Positions 61,342 to 64,000 of a stretch of DNA of 64,000 nt are shown in pieces (position 1 is the first letter of the stretch; the number at the start of each line of letters is the position of its first letter). Where the stretch lies: assembly GCA_963777605.1 (NCBI GenBank), contig CAVZRV010000010.1, forward strand, positions 288,001-352,000, given 5' to 3'. This stretch comes from an uncultured Acidobacteriota bacterium. Lineage in GTDB: Bacteria; Acidobacteriota; UBA6911; RPQK01; JAPXNP01. A program made the position numbers and the translations under genes. The notes beneath the pieces are model-generated. The model made no database searches. It was not told where the DNA came from and was given only the letters and a program-made list of their open reading frames with translations.

Positions 61342-62499
61342 TTAGTCAACGCGCTTGTGGAAGCGGAGGGCGCTTGCCATGATGGTGCCGACTCCGATCA
61401 GGGCCATCCCCAGGAGTTGCGGCCACAAAACTTCCAACCCAATGCCCTTAATGAAGATTCCCCGGGAGATTTCGATGAAGTACCGGATCGGGTTGAGGTA
61501 GGTGATGTATTGGACCGGAAGCGGCATGTTCCTAATCGGGAACGCGAACCCGCTCAGCATGAACACCGGGAGGAAGAAGAAGAACGAGCCCATCATCGCC
61601 TGCTGCTGGGTGCCCGAAACCGTTGAAATCAAAAGCCCAGTGCCAAGCGTGGTTAGCAGAAAGAGAACGGAGCTGACCAGGAGGAGCAAGGCGCTCCCCT
61701 GGAAGGGTATGCCAAAGATCAAGAGGGCCGCCCCAACGACGAAAACCACGTCACCCAGCCCAATTAGCGCAAAGGGAAGTGTCTTTCCCAGCATCAACTC
61801 GGTCGCCGTAATAGGTGTGACCATCAACTGTTCGAGCGTCCCGATCTCCTTCTCCCGGACGACCGCCATCGCCGTCAGCGTCACCGTAACCAGGGCAATG
61901 ATGTTGACGACCACTCCGGGGATGAAATAGTCACGACTTTCCAGGTTCGGGTTAAACCAGATTCTCGTCTCGGCGACTACACCGCCCAGCGGAAGATATA
62001 CCGCTCCTCCTCGCTGGGTCGTCGCCGCGACGAGCCGTGACGCGGCCTGTTTCTTGAAGGTAGCGGCAGTAAAGGTGGCGACGGTCTGGGAGATGTAACT
62101 GGAGACAATCGCCGCGGTGTTCGAATTGGTGCCGTCGAGCAGGGCCTGGATCTTTCCGCTTCCAGAGGACCTGAGGTCAGACGCGAATCCGACCGGAACC
62201 TGGATAACCGCATCCAGATCACCCCGATCGAGGTAAGAGTCAACCTGCGCCTGGCTACTGAGCGAATCCACAACGGTGAAATAGCGGGAACCCCGAAAAC
62301 CGGCGAAAAGCTGCCGGCTTTCGGGTGTCTGGTCAAGATCCAGCCATCCCAGCCGGCTGTTCGTGACGTCCAGGTTCACCGCATAGCCGAAAATGATCAA
62401 CTGCAGGATGGGCGGTCCGATCAGCAGGGTCCGCATGCGCGCGTCCCGAAACGTCGTGATCAGTTCTTTCTTGAAAATTACCAGGATTCGACCAATCAC
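61342..62499 (-). CDS. ABC-2 exporter permease (YbhR-like)
   Basis: LIIFGYA, DGTNSN, FNPNL, VREKEIGTLEQLMVTP. Confidence 0.92.
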   Translation of the reverse strand: MIGRILVIFKKELITTFRDARMRTLLIGPPILQLIIFGYAVNLDVTNSRLGWLDLDQTPESRQLFAGFRGSRYFTVVDSLSSQAQVDSYLDRGDLDAVIQVPVGFASDLRSSGSGKIQALLDGTNSNTAAIVSSYISQTVATFTAATFKKQAASRLVAATTQRGGAVYLPLGGVVAETRIWFNPNLESRDYFIPGVVVNIIALVTVTLTAMAVVREKEIGTLEQLMVTPITATELMLGKTLPFALIGLGDVVFVVGAALLIFGIPFQGSALLLLVSSVLFLLTTLGTGLLISTVSGTQQQAMMGSFFFFLPVFMLSGFAFPIRNMPLPVQYITYLNPIRYFIEISRGIFIKGIGLEVLWPQLLGMALIGVGTIMASALRFHKRVD

Positions 62500-62551
62500 G
62501 AGTCACCTCCAGGCGCTGTCCACACTCCAGGGAAAAAGGGGCCTCGGTTTC

Positions 62552-63685
62552 TCATGCCACCTTCCCCTTCATTTTTCGTGTTGCCAGAATTACCACCAGG
62601 ACCGCGAAACCAAGAAGGAAAAGGAACTGCCCAACCAGGGCCTCCAGGCCGATCCCTTTCAGAAAGATTCCCCTCAGGATGCTGATGAAGTAGCGCGCGG
62701 GAACGATGTACGTTACCGCTTGAACCGGGATCGGCATGTTCGCGATTGAAAAGATGAATCCCGAAAGGAGAAAAGCGGGCAAGAACGAGGAAATCATTCC
62801 CATCTGGTAAGCCAGCAACTGAGATCGGACGGTTGCCGAGAGGAAGATCCCCCAGCAAAGTGCTCCCACAAGAAACAGGAAGCAACTCCCTGCCAGCAAA
62901 AGAATATTTCCTCGAAGAGGGACTCCGAATACCACGACTCCCAGAACGATTGCCACGATCGTGTCGGCCGTTCCCAGCAAGAAATAAGCGGACATTTTCC
63001 CTAAAACCAGCTCGAGTGGCCGGACCGGCGTCGAGAGAAGCTGTTCCATGGTGCCCATCTCCCACTCACGGGCGATTGTCAACGACGTCAGCAGGGAAGC
63101 AATGATCATCAGAACAACTGCGATCAGTCCGGGCACAATGTAGTCCCTGGACCTGAGCGCGCTGTTGTACCAAATGCGCGTTCGCAGCTCGACGGGTGTT
63201 TTCAACGCCCTTCCCACCTGCCGGCTCAGGAGCTGGTTGCGGAAGTCCTCGGACAACCTGGTCACGATTCCCTGGGCATACCCCAAGGCAATCGAAGCCG
63301 TGTTTGAGTCGGTCCCGTCAATGATGAGCTGCACCGGGGACTGCTCGCCGCGGCTGAGGTCCCGGGCAAAATCAGGCGCGACCACCAGTGCCGCCAGGCA
63401 GGTCCCCTTGTTGATCAACACCTGAACATCGGAGTAGCTTTCGGCCTTGGCTACGACTTCGAAATAACGGCTCCCGGAAAACCGGGAGATCACTTCCCTG
63501 CTCTGAGGCGTCTGGTCCTGGTCCAGGACTACCAGCGGGATCCGATCCACGTCGAGCGTGAGTGCGTAACCGAACAGGACCAACATGAGCACGGGGAGCG
63601 CCAGTGCCATCGCCAGGCTCCTCGAGTCCCGTACGATATGGAGGAACTCTTTGCGCGCAATCGCCGCAAAGCGCCGGTATTTCAT
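62552..63685 (-). CDS. ABC-2 exporter permease (YbhS-like)
   Basis: LVLFGYA, DGTDSN, AREWEMGTMEQLLSTP. Confidence 0.92.
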   Translation of the reverse strand: MKYRRFAAIARKEFLHIVRDSRSLAMALALPVLMLVLFGYALTLDVDRIPLVVLDQDQTPQSREVISRFSGSRYFEVVAKAESYSDVQVLINKGTCLAALVVAPDFARDLSRGEQSPVQLIIDGTDSNTASIALGYAQGIVTRLSEDFRNQLLSRQVGRALKTPVELRTRIWYNSALRSRDYIVPGLIAVVLMIIASLLTSLTIAREWEMGTMEQLLSTPVRPLELVLGKMSAYFLLGTADTIVAIVLGVVVFGVPLRGNILLLAGSCFLFLVGALCWGIFLSATVRSQLLAYQMGMISSFLPAFLLSGFIFSIANMPIPVQAVTYIVPARYFISILRGIFLKGIGLEALVGQFLFLLGFAVLVVILATRKMKGKVA

Positions 63686-64000
63686 TGCGTGACCTGCTCC
63701 TTCGCCGATTCCACCCGAAGGACGAACACGTCCTCTATCCCAGGCTTGACTTCTTCGAGACTAATCACATCAAGGTTGTCCGACTCAAGGCGCCGTCGAA
63801 TCTCCTCCTCAGCGGCAGCCCGGTCGTCGGCTCTCAGTCGCAGGCCACTCCCAAAGACGGCCACATCGAGAATGGAACCACCCGGGGCAAGCACTCCCAG
63901 GGCCTTCATCGTGTCCGAAGTCTCCAGCTGCAGAAAGATGTTTCCTGACAGGCTTTGCCGAAGGTTCGCCGGAGTGTCCAGAGCGATAATTCGCCCTGCA
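63682..64000 (-). CDS. ABC exporter ATP-binding subunit, C-terminal part (5' end outside the window)
   Basis: Minus frame reads GRIIALDTPANLR...PGIEDVFV and is directly upstream of two ABC-2 permeases. Confidence 0.8.
   Translation of the reverse strand, partial: AGRIIALDTPANLRQSLSGNIFLQLETSDTMKALGVLAPGGSILDVAVFGSGLRLRADDRAAAEEEIRRRLESDNLDVISLEEVKPGIEDVFVLRVESAKEQVTQ

Overview
GC-rich bacterial chromosome segment, probably Acidobacteriota (inferred from the style of RpoA 'KGFQKPKRL' and L14). It is a diderm, with LPS genes and LptE. Layout from left to right: (1) 1-5.4 kb, minus-strand housekeeping run (dcd, lptE, holA, rpsT, phoH, ddl, DUF465-like, psd). (2) 5.4-31 kb, accessory region of secreted hydrolases and oxidoreductases, an archease-rtcB pair and REP-like or short-tandem intergenic repeats. 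This region also holds a visibly lower-GC six-gene operon (9.87-13.30 kb): a 73-aa Sec-leader, Cys-pair peptide followed by Yip1-like, SpoIIM/DUF95, CxxC thioredoxin-like, ABC ATPase and ABC-2 permease genes. That gene set resembles head-to-tail cyclised bacteriocin loci, but here it is in a Gram-negative host and carries an added disulfide enzyme, so it is the best candidate for a new system. (3) 31.2-51.2 kb, complete str-S10-spc-alpha ribosomal superoperon on the minus strand, with probable assembly indels in adk, secY, rplO and tuf. (4) 51.4-60.2 kb, LPS/ADP-heptose operon with an ICMT-family methyltransferase (LmtA-like candidate), DUF3108 and RNase P RNA. (5) An S58 peptidase and an ABC-2 exporter at the right end. 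All family calls come from motif recognition by eye; no database searches were run.
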